DNA of 63,761 bases, the filler included, from Choristocarpus tenellus KU-1152 (taxonomy: Eukaryota; Protista; Phaeophyceae): assembly GCA_964200185.2 (NCBI GenBank). It is 12 parts of 12 records of this genome, joined end to end, with 100 filler letters (N's around TTAATTAATTAA, not from the genome) between each part and the next. Parts side by side here need not be neighbours in the genome. Positions count along the whole stretch, not along the records: positions 36,193 to 42,167 come from CAXNAD020009269.1; positions 42,268 to 45,729 come from CAXNAD020019868.1; positions 45,830 to 48,790 come from CAXNAD020023347.1; positions 48,891 to 56,015 come from CAXNAD020006650.1; 8 more parts are not named here. One strand, written 5' to 3'. The first letter of the stretch is position 1. Each line of letters begins with the position of its first letter. Both the position numbers and the translations under genes were made by a program. A model generated the notes under the pieces. It was not told the DNA's origin, did no database searches, and saw nothing but the letters and a program-made list of their open reading frames with translations. Positions 39,866 through 52,300 of this stretch are shown piece after piece.

Positions 39866-41246
39866 GTTGAAAAACAGCAAAACGACCGACAACGCATATT
39901 CTCGCACTCAAGGGGTGTTGCACCCATGGCACAGCTCGATTACCCCCTCTTTGGTGGCGGCGGCGGTGGAAACAGTGGCCTCAAGCGCAGAGACAGGTAC
40001 AAAAGCAGAGTCGGTGAGCACAGCACAAAAGGGGCATCCAGTGGGGTTGCAGAGGGGGGACTAGGTAATGACCAACAATTGAGGAGACCTCCGGAACAGC
40101 TGAAGGCTACAACAATACCAAAGCTGGAGCAAGGCCAAGGACCTGAGAACACCCCTTTGCCATTCCCTGGAGCAAATACTGATGTTGGTAAGACAGGAAC
40201 AAATGGTTTTGATCCAAATGGCCATGTGGAGTTGTTCAGCACTGCACATCCTGCCATGGACAGGGAGACCAGGCGGACAGGTATAGCTACAGTAGGTGAG
40301 ACTGGGGAAAGAATCACAGCTCCAAGGCTGCCAGGTGTCCTGGCCCCACCAGCTCAGCCATCAAGCAGGAACAATTTAAGCTTAGATTCAGGAGCAACTT
40401 ATGGGAGTGCTTGGAGCAATGGAGGGGGGAACAGTGGGGTGGCTGGCAAGGGCAGATCTCATTCTGGGTCTACTCAGGGTGTTGGGGGGAGCTTTGGCCT
40501 GCGGAAGAGGGGAGGTGAGATGTTACTTAGTGTGTCCAGTGTGTTGATGTCGGGGGGGACAGCATCAGAGACCTTCAGTGAAAGTATCTTAGAGGGTATG
40601 AGTTTTGCACTGTCAATTTTGGGGCTTGGCTTCCCACAGTTTTTTTATGACATTTTCCTACCCCGAAATATTTTTGGGAGTAGGTACAATGTATACATCA
40701 TGAAAAGGTGTGTCTGGAACAAAGATATTGACACTTCCTAATACACACGACAGCCAAAATTACATCAAAATCGCAACATTGGATTTTGCCCCCCAAATGG
40801 ACGCAACTCTACCCTAACCCTAAGATACTTTGAGTCCTTTTGTCTAAAACATCTTCAGCACAGGAGCTGAGGGATAGCATTGTATTGATGACTTGAATGT
40901 GTTCCATTTTGTGTATTTCCTCCAGGGTTGTATGCAGTGCCTTCTTTCTCCTCTACTCTTTCCTCTCCTCCTCCCCGCCCCCGCCCACAACACAGACAAG
41001 ATAAAAATAAAATAAAAAACTTGGGAAAGTATTTCGTAGAGCAGCCTCATGGAGTGTGTGTGGAGTGGCCTCCCTACACACACATATGCACACACACACA
41101 CAAACCAATCCCCTGTTTTTAACAACTCCCTGTGGGTTCGGAGTGTAGGGGGAGATGGGGACCGAGGTGAAGCAGAGGTGAGGAGAGCGGCCTGGCAGGT
41201 ACAAGTTCAGGCCGATGCCAAGAACAGGGTGGAAGAGTCGCACAAG
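39866..41246 (+). CDS. Internal exons of an unknown, largely disordered Gly-rich protein
   Basis: Exon 39866-40514 (ttttgcacag|VEKQQNDRQ...GLRKRG G|GTGAGA, 649 nt open) joins in phase 1 to 41149-41246 (GDGDRGEAEVRRAAWQVQVQADAKNRVEESHK|GT). Confidence 0.55.
40576..40836 (+). mobile_element. MITE family B copy (intronic)
   Basis: cagtgaaagtatcttagaggg...taagatactttgagtc with flanks CTT/CTT. Confidence 0.8.
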
Positions 41247-42267
41247 GTATAATCCAGTACTCTCTGGATAAATGGTGGGTGTCTGCAAATGCATTGACAC
41301 AAGAGAGTCTGTTCTTGTTACACCTTCACTGCCGGGTAGAGTCAGTTGTGGCTTTCGTTGCAAGCAGGATTTATGGCAGAACAGTAGGAAAAGCCTCTTG
41401 TCTTCTCCTCATCCAAAATATTTTATTTTTTGCATCAACGACGGACCAAGTAAGTGGACCCCGCCGAGTCAGTCTGTTGTTGAAGTGACTGCCTGGCGAT
41501 ATCAGGGCTCCCCCGTCTCTCCACATCGTGGTGTCGATAGCTGCTTGTTATTCTTGGCTGCAGCGAAGAGCTGTTGAGAGGAGCAATGTCTCAACCACAA
41601 GGCAGGCGGGTTTATGGATGCAACAAACAATCCCCCGTTCATCCACGGGAAGACCACCAATTGAATCAGTCTTGCCGCAGCAGGGTTTGCTCATGCGGTG
41701 GCATCAAAAGCTTGTCGCAGCAACGCAACCACAGCAACCCCCTCCCTCCCTTATAGAGCACACTACCCCTAACCCTAGCATCCTCTTTTTTTTTCTCTAG
41801 AGTGGTGCATCGGTGCTCACCTCCTTTAATCTATCTACTGTTTTAGAGCCAGTTCTCTAACAGAGCGGAAAAAAAATCGCGTCGAAGAGTTAAGGAGACG
41901 GGCGAGAGGAAGGTTGCCTTGGATGACGACGGGTTGTGAGCTCCTCCTTGGAGATAGACCACTTGTTTTGGCTTGCCGTGACCGTGGTGGAGGCGTCACT
42001 CTGTTGGGCAATACACCTTTTTCTTTTTGATGATACGATACAAAGCGTAACAGTACTTTTTGTAGTGTAATTGTGGTAAATGTTTTTGATGGGGGGAGGG
42101 GGGGGGGTTTGTTGTGATGTATGACGCGTGGTGTCTGGATGGATGAATGAATGGGTGGATGCACTCTNNNNNNNNNNNNNNNNNNNNNNNNNNNNNNNNN
42201 NNNNNNNNNNNTTAATTAATTAANNNNNNNNNNNNNNNNNNNNNNNNNNNNNNNNNNNNNNNNNNNN

Positions 42268-42566
42268 ATCTGCATGCAATCCAAATCACCCAAAAATTTG
42301 GGCCGAATGGACAGCCCCCACCCCCCACCCCCCAGATACTTTGAGCCCAATGTTGCGATTTTGATTCATTATGGCTATCATATTTATTAGCAAGTGTCAA
42401 TATCCATGCTCTGGACACACCTTACATAGAGCCACACAAATGATTTACTCCGAAATCCGAAATTTTTGCACAGAAAATCGAAAAAGTGCATAAAAAAGCC
42501 GTGCGAAGCCAAGCCCTGAACAGACAAACAGGGCGAAACTCCTACCCTCTTAAAAGGTTCGGCTCT
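42268..42566. mobile_element. Right end of MITE A (42268-42347) abutting a reverse-orientation partial MITE B (42348-42566), likely nested
   Basis: ...cccagatactttgagcc is followed directly by caatgttgcgattttg...ctcctaccctct, the reverse complement of the family B interior. Confidence 0.7.
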
Positions 42567-43539
42567 CGCTTTAGGGAGATGCAATTATAATGTAAGGTCA
42601 AGTAACCACCACTATCAATAGGAATTATGCAAGAGTGTCCTTAGGACTGGTCCACACAGTCAGTGTTTCCTTTTTCCAGAGCCTCGGCTAAGCATGGACG
42701 CTAGTACTTACCTGCTTGACTCTCACCCCTCAATTATGGAGGTTGACCACTTGTAAGGCCCAATCCAACTTTTTGCTTATTCCCACACCGTCTGACCACC
42801 TCTTTAGTTTAATTTGGCTGCTGGTGTTTCTCTGCTTCATGTTTGTGACCGGTTGTTTTCTACTTTAGTATTTAACACTACAGAAAAAAACAGGGGTTTT
42901 TCCCTCCCACGATCCTCTGACCTAAGCACCATTTCGCATGTCTACATTGCCACTGTCCGTCCACCTGCTCCTCCTGGCTTATCTTTGGCTGTACTGTGAC
43001 TAGTTCGTATCCACTGTGTGCGCATTGCATTTGTTATGCCATATCCTTATCCCTCCTTGATACAGTACGCAGGTGGTCCGCTTTGGTACATGGGTGAGGG
43101 TCTGGTACCACTTGTGTCTGCCGTTTGCCTGCCGTTGCTACACATGCAGGTCTGTATGGCAGCGATAACCCTCTTAGTTCTCTGGACGCACGGGAACAGG
43201 GAGGATGCGTTCTCTGCATGGGGTTTCATAGAGATTTTATGGCTACTTTTTGGAGGTGAGAGAGAGAACATGTACATATACTTTTATTTTTTATTACCAT
43301 TACTAATACTATGACCAATTGTTATTTCTATTGCTCCTATTGTTACGTAAGGAACTAGTTTCCAAGGAACAAAACTTTTGAGGGGGGGACACTTTATTTA
43401 TTTTTTTAGAGGCAAAATCTCAGTTTGTGTGTACCTCTTCACTGCAGTACTGCCGAATCCCTACCAATATTTAGATGGTGTGTGGTGTGTTGGAAAGATC
43501 AGGATCCTGGCATTCCACAAGTGTACAAATTTTTAATTT

Positions 43540-43713
43540 GACCCAAAGTATCTGGGGGGGGGGTACACCAGGGTGTCCATTTGGGTCAAAACCAGGAAAA
43601 GTGCACTTACATTATCCGTCTGACCTATGCAACCAAATCACCAAAACATTGCGGCATGGAAAAATTGGGGCCGAATGGACAGTCACCACCCCCCACCCCA
43701 GATACTTTGAGCC
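43540..43713 (+). mobile_element. MITE family A, complete copy
   Basis: gacccaaagtatctgggg...ccccagatactttgagcc, TSD ATTT/ATTT. Confidence 0.88.
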
Positions 43714-44324
43714 ATTTTCGTGTTATTCTCCAGTTATGTCATCTCACACAGGGGTAAAACAGTTAGAGGTCCTTGAGGATTTTGCGACAAGGTGGATTGT
43801 GGTGAAGAGAAAGTTTGCCCTCATAAATCTATAAATGCTAAATGGTGCCTCAGAAAGATCAGAACCCTAGCGTTCTACAGGTATACTTGTGACCTTTGGG
43901 GGAATCCTACCAGTTACAAAGTGGCGCATGAAAGTTGAGAGGTTGGTTTGGGGATCGAAATATTAGGTTGGGGAAAAATCTCGACCTGGCAATATCCAAT
44001 GAAAGAACGGACTCTTCCATGTGGGGTCTAGGAATCGTGTGCAGCATCCCATTGTCTCATATTCACACAGTTCAAGTCGTTAATGAGATACAAGTGATCT
44101 CACTCAGGGGTATCACCTTTGGTTCTGAGGACTTTGCGACAGAAAGGATCATGGGGAAATGAAAGCTCAGAGAGGACATGAGCAAGGGTTCAAATGCGGC
44201 AAAAGGGGGAAAGACAAAGGCCGAGTTGCTAGCCTTGGGCGAAGCTGTCTGGACGGATAGATGGATGGAGAGATGGTAGCCCGTGTAGATAATTACCAGT
44301 AGGGTAATATGAGCCTGCAAGAGC

Positions 44325-44567
44325 GAGTCAAAGTATGTTAGAGGGTAGAGCCGCGTCCATTTGGGGGCCCCAAAATCCAATGGTGATTTTGATGCAATAT
44401 TGGCTATGGTGTTTGTTAGGAAGTGTCAAGATCTATGTTTCGGACACACCTTTTATAATGTATAAATTTGACCTACTCCGAAATTGTCATAAAAAAAAGC
44501 TGTGGGACACCAAGCCCTAAACGGAAAAAACAGGGCAAAACTCGTACCCTCTAAGATACTCTCACTC
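44325..44567 (-). mobile_element. MITE family B copy, reverse orientation
   Basis: gagtcaaagtatgttagaggg...ccctctaagatactctcactc with flanks AGC/AGC. Confidence 0.8.
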
Positions 44568-45953
44568 AGCACAAACATTTCAATGCTTCAATTCTTAATT
44601 TTTCCGTGACCCAAGAATTAACAGACAAGCACTTGAAGGCCAGTCCCTCACTGTATCGTGCAAGGATACTTACAATAGTTCGTAACTCTTCCATTAGTAT
44701 TATGCATTAAATATCTGTACTCTCTGCTAGTATGTGCTTCCTCATGTAAAACGGTAGAATATATATATGCTTGTTCCCAGTAATGTGTAATGTCCCCCCA
44801 TTCCAAAATCTAAAGACACCTGGAATAGCTTCAAATCATATGCTAACCTATTGAGATTCAATTTCCGTCTAGATCTCCCTTGCCCTCGGCTTTCGTCTCA
44901 TATATGTTTTATCTTATTTGAGCAATAATTGTTAAAGTTATGCCATACGCCTAACTATGGACTGTATTCCTTCTGTAACAATAGTATATAGCACTGTAAC
45001 ATGTGAATTTGTATCAGCACTAAAGATGTTTCGGTTACTCTTGCAGCAATTTCATTTACTGATATTATTTTATCAAATCCCAAAACTGCCAGTGTGTGGG
45101 TGGGAATCATATAAAAAAAGAAACACTGAGTGTAGTTCAATAACACCTTTCTTTTATGGGATTAAACGAAAATGGGGAGCTTCAGTTCTTGATTTCAGAA
45201 TGATGATCTCTCTTAGAGATGACGGTAAACAAGACGGTGTTGGTATATAGCTAACTACTCCTCGATACAATCATTCGCATGGTTTAACCAAAGCTGTCAC
45301 CCAGTTTGGTCATACTAATAAGGGGAAAAAGACTGGGAAATCGCTGCCCACGTTTGGGAGTTCTTCCTCTTTCCACTCGTCTTTGTCTCTTGAATTTTGA
45401 GGGACTGCATTACTTTCTTTATATGCCCACGAAATTGTTCTATTTCTTTGCTGCGGGCAACAGTATTGCACCATTGTATTGATAAAGCACCCAGAACACA
45501 ATTGGAGGGAGAGGATAACAAAATACAGGGAAGAACATAAGATCCAAAGCAAGAGTCAACCATTACTGCCATCGTTGCCCAGACTGCAGATTCAGGGTGT
45601 GAATCTACAACGTTTCTTCAAAATAGTCGCCCCTGTCCCAACCTCTGCCGATTGACTGTTGCTGAGAATATTACATAAGGAGAAAACCATGGGGTGAAAT
45701 TATCTGGGGGGGGGGGGGGGGGGGGGGGGNNNNNNNNNNNNNNNNNNNNNNNNNNNNNNNNNNNNNNNNNNNNTTAATTAATTAANNNNNNNNNNNNNNN
45801 NNNNNNNNNNNNNNNNNNNNNNNNNNNNNGGGGGGGGGAGTTTGATGAAGGGTGTGCCGGCACATCAGCACCATCAACTGTCAACAGACAAGTACTAATA
45901 CCAATAATAACATTCACCGCCACCAACTGCTACCACTACGAAAAATGTCTCAC

Positions 45954-46887
45954 CTGCTTTCCAAGAATACGACCCATGAGGTGAGTGATAAACTGTGTGT
46001 TGGCAGAGTACTTGTCATGCAATTCACACGACATCTCCACCATCTTGCACCTCTCTGATTCCCAGATGCTCAAAAAATCTACCAATCGTGATGAGTCCCT
46101 CACACGAACGCGTTCATAGAGGAACGGCAGACCCGCCCAGTCTTTAGCACCCGACTCAGGTCCAAACATGGGATGAGTACACCTGTGGCATCAAAGTCAG
46201 TTGGGCAGACCAGAGGTGTATTTGTTGTAATAACTAAATATAACTAAATAGTCAAGAAGTACAGATAATGTACATATATTAGTGGTAGATTGGTCGGACT
46301 GTTGCTGTAGTGGTTGGAGAAGTAGTGTATCAGTGTATCAGTAGTGTATCAGTAGACAACTGGGTCAATTGTCTTGTTGAGGAAGAGTACATCAGTCTAC
46401 ACACCTGAGAGGTACTGCATGAATGTTCTTGGAAAAAAACAAAAAAAGTTGTGAAAACAATGAGCCACGACGTGATTTTTCCAAACAGAAAGAGGCATCT
46501 ATATCCTGGTGTGTACTTATTTGAGGGGAGGGGGATCAGGAGAGAACATCTAAACTGGGCAAAAACAACATTTAACAAAACCTGAGAAAAAGGAACCTAA
46601 CCTACAATACTAGCAGTAGGGGCAGTGCAATGTTGTGTGAAGATCAAATATAAACAGTACAATGACTCAGGAAAAAAAAAGTGTAGACATACATATATAT
46701 ATATATATATGTATGTACGCGTATGTATGCATATGTGAAAGCACTGCAAAATTATACACTTCCAGCAGAAATCGAAACCATTCAGAAACACACAGTTACA
46801 TTCTTTAGGCCACGTCCATCTCTCTCATTTTCTATCACATACAGAAAAACACTCACATAAACAAAAGCTCTTCGTAACAAAATATAA

Positions 46888-46936
<49 letters not shown>

Positions 46937-48444
46937 AAATATTTTTTAAACAGCAGCGCACTCCCCCTCCATCACCCCACCCCCACGTACAATATATCAG
47001 TCTCTGGAGAAAGGTGTTCCAGCAAGGTCTTCTTGGCATGCATCTTCACGGACAAAACGTCCACCACCAGCACCCCGTTCATCATCTCCTTGGGCAAGCT
47101 CTTCACCACTTGCTCAAACGAAAGAATGCTCACAGAAAACATCACCACATCCGGCTTGTTGGCAAAGAACTCAGACATCTCGAAGGAAGGGTAGTACCTC
47201 ACACCTGCATCGGTGTCATCAACAGCCTCACTCGTATCACAACAAGAGAACCACCAAAGCATCCCTTCAGTTTCGCTTACTAGGGGCGTTGTACCATCGA
47301 AGAGGCATACCACTGAGTTACTACAATAAAATAAAATAAAGTGGTCCCTACTACGGCGACTCCCCCCTAGTAGCGCACAAGCCCCCTACAAGCACTGCTG
47401 TGGAGGGGGTGTGCTTTCGGCTAACAGTGTTACAGATCATTCCTAATGTTCCCTTATACACCCACTCCCTTTCAAGGAGGGGTTCACTGCATTTCAGGCA
47501 TGGGTGTGGTGAAAATAAATGGAACGAGTTTAAAAATAGCTACAAACCTCTCACAAAAAGAACAAAAAGAGCAAAAAGAAGGCCCGAAATTGAACCCTCT
47601 CTTAGGCGACGGTTTCAACTCATTGTTCTGGTAAGTTCAGCACATGGAATACAAAAACAAACAAAAAGTCACTCCTTGGTGGGTACATGAAAGAGAGGGA
47701 CGGGGGGGGGCAGTGGACGTTGCTCGTCAAGTTCTACTTCAAACGACTTCGAAAAGCTCTAAGGTCTTCACTTTTCTTTTTTTCTCTTTAGAGTACCTTG
47801 AGGAAGCCGGGGGGGTTAGGGTTAGGGTTAGGGGAAGGGTTAGGATAAGGGTAAGGGCTGGGGTTGGGGTTAGAATAATCCAGGACAGTATCAAGACATG
47901 ATGGATGGGTAAGATAACTCGATGAATAACGAGTACCATCTCTATTTTTTAAAATAAAAATACTTGCTCCACGTGCGTGACGTGTTAACATTTGTAGCGT
48001 GACATGTTATCATTTATAAGGTGACATATTAACATTTGCAACCAGCACGTGCTTCAATCTAGAACACCCCTTGTAACATGACCCTAACCGGAGACCACAA
48101 GCGGGGTCAAACAATCTCTAGTCTCTAATATAAAAAAACTTCATCTATATATATATATATATCGAACTACAACACAGAAGCACAATCATCACGTAATGGA
48201 TCCAAAAAGGGGCACGCCTCTCCATCCACTAGGAACACCCACCCATTTCCTTTGCTGCCAAGGTATAGTCGCCACGCCCCATCGCAATCACATCATGATT
48301 CTTCACCATAGTTCGGGCAATGAACTGCCCAAACTTCCCAAAGCCCACCACCCCAATCTTCAGTCTCCTTTTCAAACCCCTCCTGTTGCTGCTCATCTCC
48401 CTGAGAGGTTCGCTCTCCAACTTCCCCCCCACTGGCACCATATC
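45954..48444 (-). CDS. tyrA: Plant-type arogenate/prephenate dehydrogenase (TyrA family), three internal exons
   Basis: Exons 48444-48243, 47204-46991 and 46182-45954, joined in phases 1 and 2. Motifs LKIGVVGFGKFGQFIA (Rossmann fold), VVDVLSVK, DILCTHPMFGPESG, ERCKMVEMSCELHDKYSANTQFITHLMGRIL. Confidence 0.93.
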
Positions 48445-48499
48445 CTGTGTGAGAACAGTGGTTTTACATCGAGACAGGAGGAAATAGTACACCTATGTT

Positions 48500-48767
48500 G
48501 AGTGAAAGTATCTTATAGGGTACGAGTTTTGCCCTGCTTGTCCTTTTTTGGTGCTTGGCTTCGCATGTATTTTATTAACGACATTTTTTCTACTCCAAAA
48601 TGTTTAGGAGTAGGTAAATTGTATACGTTACGAAAAGGTGTGTTTGGAACAAGGATATTGATACTTACTAACAAACATGATAGCCAAAATTACATCAAAA
48701 TCACAACATTGGATTTCGACCCCCACATGGACACCGCTCTACCCCTAACCCTAACATACTCTGGCTC
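48500..48767 (+). mobile_element. MITE family B copy in the intron upstream of the first visible tyrA exon
   Basis: gagtgaaagtatcttatagg...ctaacatactctggctc, TSD TGTT/TGTT. Confidence 0.82.
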
Positions 48768-49399
48768 TGTTATTAGTAGACCAGAGTTACNNNNNNNNNN
48801 NNNNNNNNNNNNNNNNNNNNNNNNNNNNNNNNNNTTAATTAATTAANNNNNNNNNNNNNNNNNNNNNNNNNNNNNNNNNNNNNNNNNNNNGTGGGGGGTG
48901 GTGCTCTCCCTTGTTATCTAATTCATTCCTCATCAAACACGTCAGAAATATGTTTAAACATGTTTGTGACAGTTACACTACGTCAATGGCATATAAGTTC
49001 AAGTTACATTACTTCATTCACGTTTACACTATAAACCATACAGACTACTAGTCTATACTGCACAATATTATCCCCTACGATTCGAACGACTGCACTTGAT
49101 CGAAACTAGTTCGTCGACAGGTGGGCAAAGTAAGAGGTGGTGCATAGAGTATTGAAACGAATGGGGGGAGGTGCGTTATCGTGTACAAGGAATAAATAAT
49201 GGCTCACAGAAGGACAAGGTATTCATCGCTGCCCTTGGTGAATCTTTTGGAAAGGTTAGCTGCGCAGGTGGAGAAGAGTTGTTTGATCGATGTATTATAT
49301 ATTAGGGCTGTAACACTCTAGCAGGCATGCTTTTTAAAACAAATGATTAGACAGTCCTGATCCTCAACGTGAGTATGATATATGATACACTGACGACTC

Positions 49400-52300
49400 T
49401 GACCGGTAGCTACGTATCTCTTATTCCACTATCTAAATGCATAACTCGTGGAATGCAAAGGGCATGAACATGAGAGTCGAACATCATGGAAAGATATACT
49501 GATGCAGAAATTTGCACAACCTGCAACTCTACCCGTACTTCAACAGAAGACTGGAACGACCGACGCCCTATTTCAATTGCTGGGCGGACTCGAAATTGCA
49601 TTCGTCACCCTTCTCCTACCACTCTGTGAGCTTAGGGTATGCCTTGACAAGAAGGTGCCATAGATTTAGGTACGTGGAGTACCTGTCGTTCCAAGGCTCG
49701 GGCTTCACAAGGCTCAAGAAAATAGTCTTCTTCGCCTCGAGCGCTTCCACATGCTCAGGACGCAAGGTATTGCCTGGCTTCCCTCCACGATCGCCGAGTT
49801 TAACCTGTGTGGGCCCATGGACATAGCATTCATCCCCGAAAAGAAGAGAAGCGGCCCCTTTACCGGCCTTGACGAGCCTGAACCCGTGATTGTATATGAC
49901 TTGGGTTAGGATTCGCGTCTGCACTCGATACTGTGCAGAAGCAGGTTTCGTTGCAGATCGTAGGAGCTCGGTGACACACGCCTCCATGAAGGCTTCACAG
50001 TGATCCCCACATCGGATGCATCGCCGGAGTTGGCCGCGTCCTGTGTGACGCAATCCTCCTCACCACGAGATGAGCTTTGGTCGTTATCGTCCCTCGATGT
50101 AGGTGAACATGGATGTACCGTGCATCTGCCCATTTTGGCAGAAGCGAAGGTGTCGTCGAGGAAGCCAGGTTCTAATGCGCTGCCATCAAGATCAACAGGC
50201 TGTTTGAAAGGTCCCGTCTGTCCAGCACCTTCTCTCGCCCTCTTTTTCGTAATTAGTGTCCTAGAACCCCGGACTTCGCCCTCATCAGAAGGCTTGCCCC
50301 TCTGGGTTGTGGAACTGTCGCGGTTCTCACTTGGCCTCACACCATGGTCGTACACGTTCCCTGGCACCTTTGCCTCAATGCCGCCGCTGCCCACCGAATG
50401 GACGTTCAGGGACATCCCTGTGTCACTCCGGACAGGTGTGGACTCCGAGTCCTTGCCTTACCGCCCCCTCACGTCCTCCACAGGAATTTCCTCTGGACAT
50501 GTGAAAGCGTCACTATCGGGTCGGTCTACCTCGTCTTCTAAGTCTTCTCTAACCCTCTTTTTCCTAATCAGGATCCTTTTGCGCTTCCCTTTGTCCTTCT
50601 TCGAAGGCTTCTTCGTCGGGGTTCTGTTACGATCAATATGTACGCGGTTTTCGCTTCGCCTGACACTGTGGTTGTACACGTTCCCTGGTACTTGTGACTC
50701 AGTTCCGCCGCTGTACGGGCGTTCGTGGACATCCCTGTGGCACTCCTGACAGGCGTGTACTCCGAGTGCTCGCCTAGCCACCCTTTCAAGTCCTCCGTAG
50801 GAAATTCCTCTGGATCTGACAAGTCAAAACAAACGGGCCGATCCACCTCGTCTTCAGAGTCTTCTCTAACCCTCTTTTTCCTAATCAGGCTCCTTTTGCG
50901 CTTCCCTTTGTCCTTCTTGGAACTCTTCTCCCTCGGAGTTGTGTTACAATCAATATGTACGTGGTTTTCGCTTCGCCTCACACTGTAGTCTCTCACGTTC
51001 CCTGGTACTTGTGACTGAGTTCCACCGCTGTCCACTGAACGGGCGTTTGGGGACATCCCTGTGGCACTGGCACTCTTGACAGGCGTGTACTCCGAGTCCT
51101 TGCCTTGCCCCCCCCTCATGTCCTCCATAGGACTTTCCTCTGGGCCTGACAATCCATTACAAACGGGTTGGCCCCCATCGTCTTCAGAGTCGTGTTCCGA
51201 GGGTGTGTTTGTATGCCTCCCCCTCTCTAGACTCCTGCTTCCCGCACCTACTGCGGGGCTAGGTGATGGGTTGTCTTGCTCGTCTCGAGCACCTGGTGTG
51301 TCGGGTCTCCCACAAGGTATGCTGGTGGATATGCCACCAGCTACCAGTGTCTTCACCAGTGCAAAATTGGTAAATGTGGAGAGCTCGTCCTGCAGGAGTT
51401 TTGATAAGATCCGGGTCTAGGTTGTCCCTGAGGGCGGTGCATGTGATGACCAGGCCTCCAGATCGTGTTTGGCGAAGAGGGACTTCACTCTCATGAGCTG
51501 CGTTGGTCTCGGACTTGAACTTACCGAGGTCGCGCTCAGAGGTCGATAGGTTCTCTGGCGTGATCAAAGTGTTTGTGAGACGCGTTTTCTCTGTGATGGC
51601 AGAGGAGCGGCAAAGGTCGTGGCGAAGTTGGGTTAAAAACGACGGGAGGAGTTGTTAATGTTAGGGGAGGCAAGGGATGAGATAGAGATTCGTGAGAAGG
51701 AGTACGCGGGGCAGGATGCAGAGGAGAATGCAGGGGCTGCGGAAAGGATGGATGGACCAGAGTAGTGGCAGTTCTTTGAAGGTGTGCCGAATATGCGAGC
51801 CCCTAGGACAGGGTGACGAATAGGGCTGGTAACAAAGAGTGAAGTGGAAGCGTATAGGACTAGCATGTAACCGCGACATAATTTCTCTCTTTTCGCCGGG
51901 TTCTGATGATCGATACAACTAGGAAAAATACGACACAGCGTGTACGACGAGCAACTTCGCAAACTTTGAAAGAACCGGAGAACTCTGTGACAACGTTCGT
52001 TGTGTAGCTGTCGAGCGTCGATAGGAAGGAAGAGAGTCTAGGTTGTGTGTTTGGTATGGAGAAGGGTGTTTGGATGTTAACCTATGGCGATGTTGTGCAA
52101 TGATGCAATTTGTCGTCTGTGTGTTCGTGGTCGTTGCTCAGGGTAATGCCCTCAGAGTATTTGATGATGTCCAGGTATTTTGTGCCCTCTTCCACATCCT
52201 GCATCAACGCGAGGTCTCTTTTCACCTGTGGAATTGATGGGGTAGATTAATGTGCGCAATCAGGGCGTTTATTGTGATATGGCTTTACACGACGAACTGA

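Noticed and set aside
43073-43149. Isolated hydrophobic exon GPLWYMGEGLVPLVSAVCLPLLHMQ
   Set aside because: Plausible AG/GT ends, but no partner exons or family evidence.
371-48444. ABC1K + histidine kinase + tyrA as a functional (quinone/tyrosine) gene cluster
   Set aside because: The genes are on different contigs joined by artificial spacers, so there is no evidence of linkage.
50000-50749. 249-aa plus-strand ORF
   Set aside because: Antisense shadow of the minus-strand repeat-coding frames, with Ser/Leu/Phe-rich composition.
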